From Octopus sinensis (taxonomy: Eukaryota), in contig NC_043004.1 of the NCBI RefSeq assembly GCF_006345805.1, positions 99,820,001-99,884,000 on the forward strand: 64,000 bases of DNA. Reading direction: 5' to 3'. How positions within the stretch are numbered: the first letter of the stretch is position 1; each line of letters starts with the position of its first letter. Positions 1 to 13,047 of the stretch are shown here, piece by piece. The notes under the pieces are model-generated. The model searched no databases, was not told the DNA's origin, and saw only the letters and a list, made by a program, of their open reading frames with translations. Made by a program: the position numbers and the translations under genes.

Positions 1-318
1 GGGCTTGATAGAACCAAGGGTTCGACGAGGTAATGTGAGAGTCTATACGTTGTCATCTAACCTGCCACAAACAGAAACTGAATCACCCTCAAAATTACAT
101 TCGAAATAAAGGATTATTCAAGATAATGAAATCCAAAATTGCTCTAAAACAGAATTTGCAGGGGTGAAAATTCACACACACACACACGCGCACACACACA
201 CACGCACACACACACACGCACGCACACACACACACGCGCGCGCGCGCGCACACACACACACGCATGTATAGATATCAAGAAACGGGCATGCAGCTATCAG
301 TCAGACTGAGGGACAGGT

Positions 319-362
<44 letters not shown>

Positions 363-369
<7 letters not shown>

Positions 370-631
370 GGGATTATAACTCCAAACTTACAGGAAAAAA
401 TTCAATTTAGTATTAAATCAAATTTCACAATATAAATATATAAAATATAAAATAGAGATAAAACCACTATTATGCAACTGAAACAGTGATAGACATAAAC
501 CAAAACATAAATAACAAATCCTAGATGGTATTGGAATATCCTTCAAAGATGAATTCCAAACTTGACTGTAAGTTCCATAACATACGAAATTGAGATTTAA
601 ATGCACCCAATAAACGTAAGTTATCAATATG

Positions 632-694
<63 letters not shown>

Positions 695-790
695 TAAGCC
701 ACGCCCACTAAAATTAAACCACAAGCGTCTACTTTCAAGACTTATGTTAATAAGTACATCACATGATTCATCGAAACTTCGGTCTGAATT
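363..790 (-). mobile_element. (TA)n-adjacent dispersed repeat, probable Penelope-like terminal (pLTR) fragment
   Basis: Block AGAGATAAAACCACTATTATGCAAC..AAACAGTGATAGACATAAACCAA (~453-502) recurs at ~2163-2211 and, more diverged, at ~37297-37330, each time next to AT microsatellites. A degenerate hammerhead-like motif lies on the minus strand at ~720-765. The PLE assignment is inference. Confidence 0.45.
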
Positions 791-1067
791 CTAAACATGA
801 AGAACGCGCGCACACGCGCACACAATCACACATATGCACAGTCATCAGGTGAAGTCTAGATGTGCTCAATAAAGAAGACACGTTGTAGTGCTCAAAAGAT
901 TTGAATCTCCAGTCCGGAGTCTTTATCGGGGACAAAGTCCGCGGGATAATTATTTATTTTAATATGTATCAGGCCTGATTCTATTTACCAGCAAGCATTA
1001 CGTCACCGTCATTTAACTTTGTAATACTTAATATCCAACACAATGTGTTGGATAAAAATATTGCCTT

Positions 1068-1099
<32 letters not shown>

Positions 1100-1163
1100 A
1101 CACACACACATACATATATATATATATATTGATGCATGCGTGTATTTACACACACACATATAA

Positions 1164-1348
1164 GCTGCGTGGTAAGAAGCTTGCTTCCAAACCACATGGT
1201 TCCGATTTCAGTTCCACTGCGTGGCAGCTCGGACAAGTGCCTTCTATTATAACTTCGGACTAATCAAAGGTTTGTGAGTGGATGTGGCAGGCGGAAACGG
1301 AAGGAAGACCGTCGTATATATATTTGTGTGTGTGTGTGTGTGTCTGTC

Positions 1349-1380
<32 letters not shown>

Positions 1381-1573
1381 TATTTCTCCCCTCTCCATCG
1401 TTTGACCTCCGATGTTGGTGTTTGCACCCCCGTAATTTAGTGGTTCGGCAAAAGAGACCGATAGCATAAATACTAGGCTTGCAAAGAATAAGTCCTGGGG
1501 TTGATTTATTCGACTAAAGGCGGTGCTCCAACATCGCCGCAATCAAATAACTGAATCAAGTAAAAGAAAAGAG
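1164..1573 (+). mobile_element. tRNA-derived SINE, family 1 (internal (TG)n, 3' tail GGTGCTCCAGCATGGCCGCAGTC..GAAACAAGTAAAAGA)
   Basis: tRNA-like head (GCTGCGTGGTAAG..GGTTCCGATTTCAGTTCC), body and tail colinear with copies at 9011, 23706 and 53003. Confidence 0.9.
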
Positions 1574-4127
1574 AAAAAAATAAATAAGCATATAATAAAT
1601 AACTTATATATATATAAATCCATATATGGGGATAGGACGTCACCAACACCAAACAACATGAACTACGAAACCAAATAAATTGAGTAATCAAACAGGACAG
1701 TGGAGGCATACAAGGAAACCAAACATGTTGGGTCGTTAGACCAGAACAAGGGCAAAATAGCAAACGCTGGAGGAATATTTTCTTTGAAAACAGAAAACAT
1801 AGAAGAGAGAGATAGAAGTCGTCCAGTCTTTAGGACGTCCTGTAGGAAAACAAAAATGGTCACGTGAGGAAAAGGAAGTGGGACGATGGTCACGCGTGAG
1901 CAAGGAGAGAGAGATAAGAGAAATAGGGAGAGAGAGAGAGAGAGGCAGATAGAAAACAGTGAAAGATGAACGCCAAGTATCCATTTCCAAGTTAGTTTAT
2001 ATTAACCTTTTTGATGCGAATCTACTATAAATATATATGTAATATATTTTCCATTAGGCGCAAAGTATATTGATTATCTTTCTTATGTATTGCATACAAA
2101 TACATGAGAAAAACACAAGCATACACATATAAATACATATATATATATATAAAATATAAATTAGAGATAAACCACTATTATGCAACCCAAACAGTGATAG
2201 ACATAAACCAATATATAAATAAAAAATTATATATATATATTATATTATATATATATATATATATATATAAATAATTTTTTTTCGAATTCAATTTTAGCCA
2301 TGAAACGTACGTAGTGGTTTTACTCACCATATTATATATTTATCATTCATTTTATACTTTTTGAGATCTAGTTATAAGTTAAATATTTAATAAAAAATAT
2401 ATATATATATGGTGCTATTAAGTTAGACATGGCCTGGGCCAATAATGGCCGAAACCTATCAAAGTATCAAAGTATATATATATATATATACTTACACACG
2501 CACTCACAAAACATGAGAAGCGGAGGAAGCAGGGATTGGACATGCAAATAAAAAGAGACGCTTACGTATTGGCACATGCAAACATATGCTTACGTAAACA
2601 TTTGCATAAATAGATTTAACTTGAAAAATTAAAATGATAATTAATAATTGAAATAGCACAACTATTATACGAAAAACTGCCACAACATATATTCTTGCAT
2701 ATCAAACGCATACATACACAGAAACAGACGTATGTAAATATATGTACTGTGAGGTGTGAATTCAGACGAAAACATTAGAAGGAAACATAGGCACACTAAC
2801 ACATGCACGTACAACATAGGTAGACACAGACACGTGCACATGCACAAACACACTCTAGCCTCAGCGTGCAACAATAGCGGGTTTCATGCATTTGAAAAAC
2901 CAATGTTATGAAATAGAGATTCAACTATAGTAAAAATAACGGCAGAAAGTCAAAATATGATGGATGCACTCTAATGCACAATTGTTATATTTTGCAATAG
3001 ATATTTCAATTTTAACCAAAGAAATTTTTCCTGCACAAAAATAACTTAACATAAGGTAGCAAGCTAGTTTGAACATGCAATAAATAAACAATTTTATTGA
3101 ATTCTGCCGAAACAAAAGCAAGGTTTTTCACAATGATTTTGTTTTGGAATAATTGTTATTGTTTTTCAGTTGATTTCTTTTTTTTTTTTTTTTGGCTACA
3201 CTTTTTTCTTCCATTTCTCAGCGATTTCCATTGAAGTTATCCAAGAAACAATGCAGTAGCGACCCAGAAATCCATCATAAATGACACTCCTAACACCGCA
3301 CACCCCTATTACACATCACTGCAACATTACTAACGAGAATGCCGTCCGAAGAACTAAAATTTGATTGAAATTTTCTCCTTTGTTCCTCTAAAGTTATTTT
3401 CACAAATCAAATTTTACTTATTTTTCTGCCACTATCTTTTATTCATTATTCTTGCAGTTTTTATTTAAATTCCTATGGCTTCGTTTTATTGTTAACTTAA
3501 AGATTTTTCCTTCATTGTTGTACTCTTATTGTAGTAGTTCTTGTTGCTGCTTCTCTTGTCGTAGATCGATGTAAAATGTTTTTGTTATTGTTCTTGCTCT
3601 TGTTCTTGATGTGGTGTTGGTGGAATGGTTTTGGTGGTGGTGGTGGTGTTATTCATGTACATGTTGTTACTGATTTTCCCTTGTTCTTCGACAGAGTTGC
3701 TGTTAATGCTGTTCTTTCGATGATGTTACATTAGTTTGTAACCACTATCTCAAATTTTAGTGATGTAGGTGTTTTTTGTTGTAAGGTATAATTTTTATTT
3801 TCTTCCTTGTTTTCGCTGATGATACTATTTTATTTTCTTTGGTTTAATTATTGTTTGTCTAGATGCAGTTGTTGTAAATTGATAAATTGATGATGTTGAT
3901 GTTGTGGTATATTCTCTTTCGTTATATAAAAAAGAAAAGTACCAACACAGTTCACACAAAAAATACGGAAGGAAAACAATGTATCGAAAAGAAAGTAAAA
4001 GCCAAAAACGGACAATGCCGTTTATTTTAACTTCCATCGTTAATTAGCATTGTCTTTCAAATGTCTTTTGCTCTAGAGCATTACCTGTTTTTATTTTTTC
4101 ATTTTCTTCTCTCTTCCACTCACTCTA

Positions 4128-4310
4128 CATAACGCCAACCTTCCCCTTTTCTTCCTACTTGCATAGCGCCAACTTTCCCATCGTCTTCCACCTTCCATAG
4201 CTCAAACACCCTCGTCGTCTCCCACCTTCCATAGCGCCAACTTTCTTACCATCTTCCACCTTCCATAGCGCAAACTCTCCCGACGTCTTCCACTTTCTAT
4301 AGCGCCAATA
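4128..4310 (+). repeat. 34-bp minisatellite, ~5.4 copies
   Basis: CATAGCGCCAAC..CTTCCACCTTC units start at 4128, 4162, 4196, 4230, 4264 and 4298. Confidence 0.9.
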
Positions 4311-5249
4311 CTCTCATTGTCGGTGTCTTGAGTTTTGTTTTAAATTTGCATTGAATTTTATGGGTTTCGTTTTATTTTACTTTTGATTTTCTTTTAATGA
4401 TTCAATCTCAATTAAATTATTGTGTTTAATAAAATCTATTTTCACTGTTTGAATTGTTTTCTCTACTTGCACATATTTGTATTTTTCTGGCATATTTACA
4501 ATGCACACATGTGTATGTATTTGTCAGGGTTCTGATGTGCATCTGTGTGTTCATGCATACACATATGTACACCCAACAGTGCATGTGCTGTATGTGTATA
4601 ATTATGTGTGTGCCTACGTAACACATTTCTTTGCACATGCATGGCTTTTGTGAATTCTTCGTTGTGCAAGTGTGCATGGTTCTGTGTGCGTGTGTGAACG
4701 TGAGTGTTGTGGGTGTAGGTGCGTGTGCATGAACGTACAGTTATGTTCTTTCCTGAAAATATGTGTTCACTCACACAGAAAAAAGTACATTTATGTACAC
4801 ACAAACACATTTATATATACATATATATATTCATACACACACACATATGTATATATATATCATACAATTACGATTCAGTTGAACAAGGTACTTAAATTGA
4901 GGCACCTTGTTATGTCTGAGTAACATGCATACTCACCGATATAAGAGAATATCAGACCTGGCGAATAAGTGCCGGCCATATGATATTCTTATGGTGTATG
5001 CAAATAATAAGACACAGCTGAGAGAAGAAAATCGCTGTTAGCTATTCAGGCGTGTACCTTACAGTAAACACTCACCATATCGCGATTCACCTACCGCGTG
5101 GGGTTTTGAAATATAATGCCCTCGATAATCGAGGGATTACTTCATATTTAAAATACAGTTTACGCTGGAAGTTTAGATTCCAGAAAAGGTGAATAAAATA
5201 TATGTAAGTAACAATGAGGTACAGGTGTCAATTCATTACGGCCGTAAAG

Positions 5250-7548
5250 ATATTTATATTGATCCTACTACCATTCTGTTGGCAGAATGAACTTAATCAG
5301 AAAACTGTAAATTTGGTAAGAACAAAGAAGAATTTAGGGATTATTAGAGTTTATAGTAAAGGGAGGAGATAATTAACCCAAGTGATCCACTTATCTAAAC
5401 TTCTAACAATATTGTTCATAGCATTAGAAGCAGTTAATAATCAATGCCTCCTACTGTCCTTTTGAGGACATAAGTTACACACTGTACCCTATCATTCATA
5501 GCTTACTCTGTAATATTATAACCTGTTTAATAATGTGATCTAGTGACCCTAAGCACCTTTGATCCTTTTATGCATAACTATCTTCTTTATATAACTAACC
5601 ATGTTGTATGGATAACTTGTTCTCCACTCTATTCGTTTATACCTTACATATTGTAACTCCTCTGTCTAGATAGGTCTCCGTATAGTTCTTAACTCTTGAC
5701 TTTACCTAGTATACTGAGTTAATAACTCCATTGAAACTCTTTATAGCAATTGATATAACACTCTCACCTTTAATTAGCACTACTTCATTAATTTATTATC
5801 AATTCCTAATTTTATCCCACGTCCTTTATTTACCCATCGTAAATTTTGACAATTTTTTGATACTCTTTACATACAAGATTTTTAAATGTTCTTTTTAGCA
5901 TATCAGCATTCACATTACTACTTACCTTTAGTAATACTTATATAATTAACTAGATCTAGTATTCCTTAAGTAAATCATACTCATGACACTCTCGCGTTAT
6001 TTGACCTTATATAACCTTTGAGTTGAAATGATTATTCTATGACATAAATTAGGAAATAATTATTTATAATCTAAAATGTTATAACCCAGAAAATTTACAC
6101 CTTATTAATTATTATATGTATCTAACCATTTCCTAAATCAATTCCTTTCATATATGAGGATAAAAAACACGTTTAAATCTTTGCTACTGGTGTTTTTATA
6201 TTTCGCACCTTCTCTAAGCACAAAATATATCCTTCTAAGATCTATTATTACTTATTTTTATCTTTATGTTTTTTTTATGGTATACCTTACAAATATTTGT
6301 AAAACCCCTTTTCACTGTTAGCTTTATTTACATTAAATTTTGGTATATTTATTTTTATCTTTATTTCTTTATTTAAAATAAAGATCTTGTTATCATTTTT
6401 CTATACATATATATTTATAATTCTTTATATATTTTTATATTAATTTTATTTTTTTAATATTTTTCTTATATTTTTATATTATTTTATTTTTACGTTTATA
6501 TGTCTATACTTTTATATATTTTATATTCTTTACATTTTTTATAAATTCTTTTATATATTTTTTATATATCCTTTATATATTTCTTTAAAGATATGTATTT
6601 ACAGTTTATATTTTATATAATTTGTCGTATATTTTATGTTTATATTCTAATATTTCAAATACGTTATATCCATTATTAGCTTATGAGCTAAATTTTAAAT
6701 TTTTATATCAAATACACTCTTTTTTATATTTTTAAATGATTTTTCACCTAATAATTTTAAGTATAATTTATTCGTCACCTATATATTTAATTTCTAAATT
6801 CATTTTAATGCTACAACGTTATAACTATGCTAAATTGTAATAGCACTCCCACCCCCACCCCATTTTTTCCATTGTGGCTTGATTACCACCCCTATTTCAT
6901 TTTATTTTAGAATGGTCTTTAATACGGAGATGTACTCGCATAGCAAGTGATTTGATCTGAGATCGTGTGCTGGAACGAAAACAATTGCAGCGTGGAAGGT
7001 GTTTGTAAGCCATTTAAGAAACACACAAAAGTCGTTCGATTCACTTCAACATTTAAGTTTAATTTGTCCAAATATTTTCGTCGCTAAAATCCGCGATCTG
7101 TTCACTGACAAAAATCCGTGCTGCATCTCTTTAATACGGTAATGAATATAAGAAAATTCAGCTTCCTCCATCTTACTTCTATTTATCATCCACTCCCCAA
7201 TCACCCACTCCATTATTACTACCCTATGCCTTGTCCATTTTGCGAAAATAGAGCCGACATATAGTCCCATCACTTTTGATAATTTAGTAGGCTGGTCTGG
7301 CATTAATTGCTTCTCCCACCGCTGACCAGTACGCATAAACAACTTACTTGAGATAAAAATCTAGACGATCGGAGCCGATCCTTCCTCTGTCTTTAGAAGT
7401 TTAGATAACTGGGTCACTCGGGTCAATTATCTCCTCCCCCTACTATAAACTCTAATAATCTCTAAATTCTTCTTTGTTCTGACCAAATATACTCTATTCC
7501 GATAATTTCATTCTGCCAGCTGAATGTTAGCAGGCTCAATGTAAATAT
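5250..7548. repeat. ~157-bp inverted repeat pair (5250-5406 / 7393-7548) enclosing ~2 kb of AT-rich unclassified sequence
   Basis: GGCAGAATG..AGAACAAAGAAGAATTTAGGGATTATTAGAGTTTATAGTAA..GGAGGAGATAATT..TTATCTAAACTTCTAA at 5281-5406 is the diverged reverse complement of 7393-7517; weaker similarity extends both arms outward. Confidence 0.8.
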
Positions 7549-7963
7549 ATGTTCTCCGTGAAACGGTTTCTTTGTAATTAATCAATTAAAGGAGGCGTTA
7601 GAGATGTATCTCTCATGGCTTTAAGTTTTATTTATACTAGTCATTGGGCTGCTTTGATGCTAAGGAACCGCTTTAAGTGCTTTAGTTGAACGAATCACCC
7701 CAGTTACTTGATTTTTTAAGCCCGGTAATTATTCTGTCGTTGTTATTTGGCCGTATTGCTACGCTACGGCGATGTAAATAAACCCGTACCTGTTGTCAAG
7801 CGGTAGTGGTGGCAAACAGAAATATACACATTCAAAAACACATACACCCGCATGCGCACACACATATACATGTGCATACACACAGTGATACACACACGCA
7901 CGCACAGACACACTCACACACACACTCACAAACACATAAACACACACATATATGTATGTCTGT

Positions 7964-8305
7964 CTCCTATGAGAGCTCAAAATCTCTCGTGGAAGCGCCA
8001 TCCAACCAAAAGGCAAATATATGGCAAACTACCACCTGTGTCATCTCTTGTGAAAGGTAGGAGAGTCCAGTTTGTTGGACATTGTTGTAGAGCTGAAAAC
8101 GAGGCAATTTCTACTGTCTCCTCTGGAAGCCATCTACTCGCAATACCAGAGGGCGCACACTCTCCTACCCTGATGTAATCTCCAGGGATACAGGCATCCA
8201 GCAACAGGACCTCCGTAATGCCATGATGGACCGTGAAGTCTGGCGTAGCATGGTAAATTCCATTGTCTCGACCACAGTCGAACAATGATGATGATGATGA
8301 TGATG
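7964..8305 (+). mobile_element. 5'-truncated RTE-clade LINE 3' end with (GAT)n tail
   Basis: With one frameshift near 8118 it translates to RAQNLSWKRHPTKRQIYGKLPPVSSLVKGRRVQFVGHCCRAENEAIST/LWKPSTRNTRGRTLSYPDVISRDTGIQQQDLRNAMMDREVWRSMV, a typical RTE ORF C-terminus. The stop is followed directly by GAT repeats. Confidence 0.88.
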
Positions 8306-8630
8306 TCTCCTATCAAAGCTTGTGTCTCCAGTGTTCGCCACCTCACCTCGAAATAGCTTAGCAGCCCTTACTGTTTCCACTGTTTTTGTTATCAACATTC
8401 ACGCTCCGCAAATCCCAAATTTTATTTAATTTGCTTTGCGAGAGTAACTGTTTTCACGAAAGCACATCTTGTAAATACTCGAAATGTGGAGTAGATAAAA
8501 CAGCTGACAACTGATGAAGGGTCGTTCTTTATGTTCCTTCTCTTGCTTTCCATTTGTTACTTTCGTTGTTCGCAGAAAATGTTCGTATTCCATGTTTTCG
8601 TATTTCGCATTTCATGTTGTTTAAATAATG

Positions 8631-8928
8631 TATCAGGTCATCCTATAAGTTCTGTCCGATTTTACCTCTTTTTAAAATTGAATGAAATTTAATAATATTT
8701 TAGAATGTCTAATGTAATTAAAAATTATTTTTATGCATTTCTGTACATTTAAACTAATTAGATATTATTTTACAGAATAACAGGATTAAAATTTCTTTGA
8801 TTAAAACCCTTTCTAACATGGAAGTATCCAAAGAGCATTTAAGGCACATAATGCTTTACGAGTACAAAACAGGAAATTCTGCAGCCGAAGCGACTCGAAA
8901 CATGCACTCAACTTTATTTACACAATAA
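8631..8928 (+). mobile_element. mariner-type DNA transposon 5' fragment (left end plus transposase N-terminus)
   Basis: TATCAGGTCATCCTATAAGTTCTGTCCGATTT at the left end. ATG at 8818 reads MEVSKEHLRHIMLYEYKTGNSAAEATRNMHS, resembling the mariner HTH N-terminus, then stops. No right TIR found. Confidence 0.8.
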
Positions 8929-9010
8929 AATAAATATCTATACGAACAGTTCTATCAATACTAATATCGTTGTATCATATTATCATTATCTACTCTATAA
9001 ACAACTACAT

Positions 9011-9390
9011 ACTCTTACTCTTTTACTCTTTTACTTGTTTCAGTCATTTTGACTGCGGCTATGCTGGAGCACCGCCTTATTTCTTTTTTGTAAGCCCAGT
9101 ACTTATTCTATCGGTCTCTTTGCCGAACCGCCAAGTAACGGGATCATAAACACACCAGCATCGGTTGTCAAGCAATGCTAGGGGACAAACAAAGACACAC
9201 AAACACACACACGCATACATATATATACATTTATACGACAGGCTTCTTTCAGTTTCCGTCTACCAAATCCACTCACAAGGCTTTGGTCGGCCCGAGGCTA
9301 TATTAGAAGACACTTGCCCAAGGTGCCACACAGTGGGACTGAACCCGGAACCATGTGGTTGGTAAACAAGCTACTTACCACACAGCCACT
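9011..9390 (-). mobile_element. tRNA-derived SINE, family 1
   Basis: Near-full reverse-complement copy with (CTCTTTTA)n tail and an internal deletion near 9070. Confidence 0.92.
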
Positions 9391-9849
9391 CATAAATACA
9401 TATGTTGCTATTGAAATTATCAACATGTTCTGTGCAGTGCACCATCAATGATATCAAAATTTTCAATTTCCTCAGCAATATCAACTATATAATCGCAGTC
9501 CAATTCCATCATATTTATCAACGTTATCCCACACTAACAACAGTAAACAAGATTATTAAACAATATTAATGCTTTCAAATCGCTTACCAGGAAAAATGAA
9601 AATGTTTGTGTATTTTAAAACTTGATGATTTTGTGATTGTTTTTTTCTTTGCTTTCTGCTGCTGATTGATTTTTCATTTTGGCTAACAATGTAGTTTTTC
9701 GTATCTGATGTGATGTCCACTTTCTATTATTGTCAGGTCAATCTACTGGAATGCCTCCCTATTATCCCCTTTATTCCCACCCCCACAAAAATGGACTCTT
9801 TTACCTGCCAATACCAACTCTTCAATGTATCGTGTATATATATTTATAT

Positions 9850-10117
9850 AAACACACACACACACATATATATATATATATTATATATATATACATGAAT
9901 AAATGCGCATATATTTACACATATATACATACATATATACATATATATATAAACATATATATATACATATATATAAATATATATATATATACATATATAT
10001 GAATATATATATATATATACACACATATATATATATATATAAATATATATATACATATACATATATATATATATATACATATATATGAATATATATATAT
10101 ATATACACACATACATA

Positions 10118-10204
<87 letters not shown>

Positions 10205-10207
10205 AAG

Positions 10208-10281
<74 letters not shown>

Positions 10282-10285
10282 AAGA
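9850..10285. repeat. long compound (TA)n/(CA) microsatellite
   Basis: Visible directly; source of the YIYI ORFs. Confidence 0.95.
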
Positions 10286-11025
10286 ATAGATAGAAATTTA
10301 TACATGCATATATACACGTATACGCTCGCATATTTGTGCTGCAGAGTCTAAAAAGTGCCTCCTTGAGAAAAGCCCTTCAGGTTTATATGACTGACAAGGA
10401 GTATATATGCTTTGTAGGAAAGGCCAAAGTTTGACATTTTGACCTACTTAACTATTTTGCCCTTTTAATAGCTGTTTTTGTTTCCGTGTGTTGCAAAAAC
10501 CTTAAGCGTTTTTGCTTGTTTCTATATTTGTGTTTATATTTTCATTAATTTGGTTCTCTTAGTGGTTTTCCTGTATTCTTCATTCCTCTTCCTATGTATA
10601 TAAGAGCGAAGGAGAGAAAGTGATGAGTGCCAGACTAAACTATTTTTGATGCTTAGATGTGGAGCAGGGTATGCAGTATTTCGTGACACGGGTTCAAATC
10701 TTACCTTTGTGAAATTCGCTTCTCATTATTTTCGGGTGAGTGTAACCATAAAACAGCAGTATTTCACTGAAGCCGTTTGGATTTCCTTTTGCTTCCCTAC
10801 GCCTGACTACTAGAGTCAAATCTCACATATGTATATAAATATAGTTTTGGGCCTTGTACCTAGAGTAGAAAAGAATATAGTTTCGCAAAGTGAACTACTG
10901 GCTGCTCTGAATTCATTTTTAAATGTTGCTATTGTTGCTGTTTAACTGCGGGTTATTAATTATTAAAACCATCTATTGTGAAAGATTTTCGGTAGTGAAC
11001 ATTACATTTCTATGTGCGCCGACGT

Positions 11026-11271
11026 CTAGTGAGTTACTTCTTTTAATTTTGAGACAGTAGTTTTTTGGCGATTTAAAGAGACTTTGGCTACTATTTCTAA
11101 CACGACATGTAACACTGATATAATCATTCGCTGTTTCATCCCGGATTTGGTATTTTCGATGAATAGTGGATATCTACAATATAGATATGAGTTCTGAATG
11201 CCAAATTGAAATATGTTCATATGACTTGCATCAGTTGACACCGTTAACAACGGCTTATTTTCCGCCTCCAT
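11026..11271 (-). CDS. candidate 81-aa ORF / possible first coding exon, unknown product
   Basis: ATG in strong context (GCCGAAATGG) opens MEAENKPLLTVSTDASHMNIFQFGIQNSYLYCRYPLFIENTKSGMKQR...; non-repetitive, locally CpG-rich. No homologue recognised. Confidence 0.25.
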   Translation of the reverse strand: MEAENKPLLTVSTDASHMNIFQFGIQNSYLYCRYPLFIENTKSGMKQRMIISVLHVVLEIVAKVSLNRQKTTVSKLKEVTH

Positions 11272-11650
11272 TTCGGCAAATTCGCAGCAAACTACACAAA
11301 GAAACGAATATACGAATTTACAGAAGAAAAAAAAAAGATAATTAGTGTTCATTTCTTTTTATTTTTTTCCTTCATCCAGATTCTTCGGAAAAGGTCAAGT
11401 TTTTGTGAGTTTGCTGAACTGTTAATTTCATTTTCTTTCTTTCCAATTATTAACAGTAAAAAATACAGCAAACTACATTTCGATATCTAATCTGCTATAC
11501 TAAGCACCCTGTCTGGTTCTAGTGTATATCACCTCCATGACGCATTCCGCTGCAATATAATATAATGTTATTTTAAACGTATAAGTTTTGCGTCAGTATA
11601 CATACGGAAAGTTTTAGCTGGTAAGCCACATATACAGAGACCAATGAGGG

Positions 11651-11775
11651 AAGGTGGCGAGCTGGCAGAAACGCTAGAACGCCGGGCGAATGCTTAGCGT
11701 TATGTCGTCTGTCTTTACGTTCGGAGTTCAAATTCCATCGAAGTCGACTTTGCTTTTCATCCTTTCGGAGATAAC
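11651..11775 (+). mobile_element. tRNA-derived SINE, family 2, 3'-truncated
   Basis: AAGGTGGCGAGCTGGCAGAAACG..GAGTTCAAATTCC..GTCGACTTTGC matches the copies at 26571 and 60561. Confidence 0.85.
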
Positions 11776-12931
11776 TTCCTTGTAAGTTTAAAAAGAAGAC
11801 TAAGTTTTGAAATACGCTCATCACAAACAGGAATGAGAGAATATGAAAAGGTAATTTCCATAAGATTTTTAATTGTAATTTAGCGCCCAGGCAGAAATAG
11901 CATAATTCATTCATACAGAACTTTACCTGAGTGTGTACCAAAAGAAGTTACTTTGCATACCTTTTTTTAATTCCAAAAGAAGGAAATGAAATTAGTGAAG
12001 TTGTAAACATGTAGACAGCTTAAGGTTTCCGTACATTATAATGAGAAATTGAAAGAGAGAGATAATGTCTAATTCTACGCATGCGTGAAAAATAGGACGA
12101 AAGTGAAAACTTGTGCGATCCGATCTCGTTTCTGGGATTCTCAGCATCTCCTTCTCCTTCTCTCCTGCTTTCCTACTTTCTTTGTGCCTGTTTTCATTCA
12201 CCTTCACCTACAAAACTTACAGACAATATCAACTTTCTGCCGGCTTTCTTTCACTTTCAACCATATAATATACATAGCGTATGAAGCGTCAGCATTTCTC
12301 TGTCACCCGCAACCCCTGTCTTTCATCTTGTCCCATAGAAACTTGTTTTCTGACTCTGTTTCTTTCCCTTGTCTCTCTGTCTTTTCTCATTCCGTGTTTC
12401 TTTCGCTCTTTCCGTAAAAATTTCCTTGTCTATGCTTTGAAGAGAGCAGAAATTGAAAGAAAATAGAAACCGAAAAGAGGAGAGAGAGCAGAAAGTGAAG
12501 GAGATGAGAAAGTGAAAGATGTATGTACATGTATATGGAATGGACGTGTGTATGTGTGTGTGTGTCTGTGTGTGCGGGTGCACGTGCGCGTGTGTGTGAG
12601 AGAGAGAGAGAAAGAGAGACATAGAGCGACGGAGTGAAAGTGTGTGTCGTGATGATGGATATCTTTTAAGATACACACGCACATAGAAAATGTGATGGTA
12701 TCATTATCGTCGTCGTCGTCGTCATATAAAATGTTTACGATTGTTGACTTATGGAAAAGATTATAATGCTAAATTTTTGTAATGCAAGTATGTGAATGAA
12801 AATAAAGTTTAGTTGGTAGCCGAAATAGTATTGAATCTTTTTGATACCCCATACGTCAAAACCGGTAATTCGGTTTCGAAGTGCATAAGGAAGATACGTA
12901 TACACACAGTCACATACAAACTCTCTTTTGT

Positions 12932-12962
<31 letters not shown>

Positions 12963-12980
12963 CTACCTAGGGATCGCTTA

Positions 12981-13047
<67 letters not shown>

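Noticed and set aside
7046-7342. 98-aa minus ORF with GLYVGS as a GIY-YIG nuclease
   Set aside because: Lacks the first Tyr motif, the Cys pair and the conserved Arg/His spacing.
8478-8530. CTGATGAAG motif as a hammerhead (also 37566-37585 minus, 31326, 49795)
   Set aside because: No correctly spaced stem II and GAAA with a closing stem I; a permuted type-II fold requires poor stems.
9844-10351. [12 protein letters not shown] ORFs here and throughout the window
   Set aside because: Translations of dinucleotide microsatellites.
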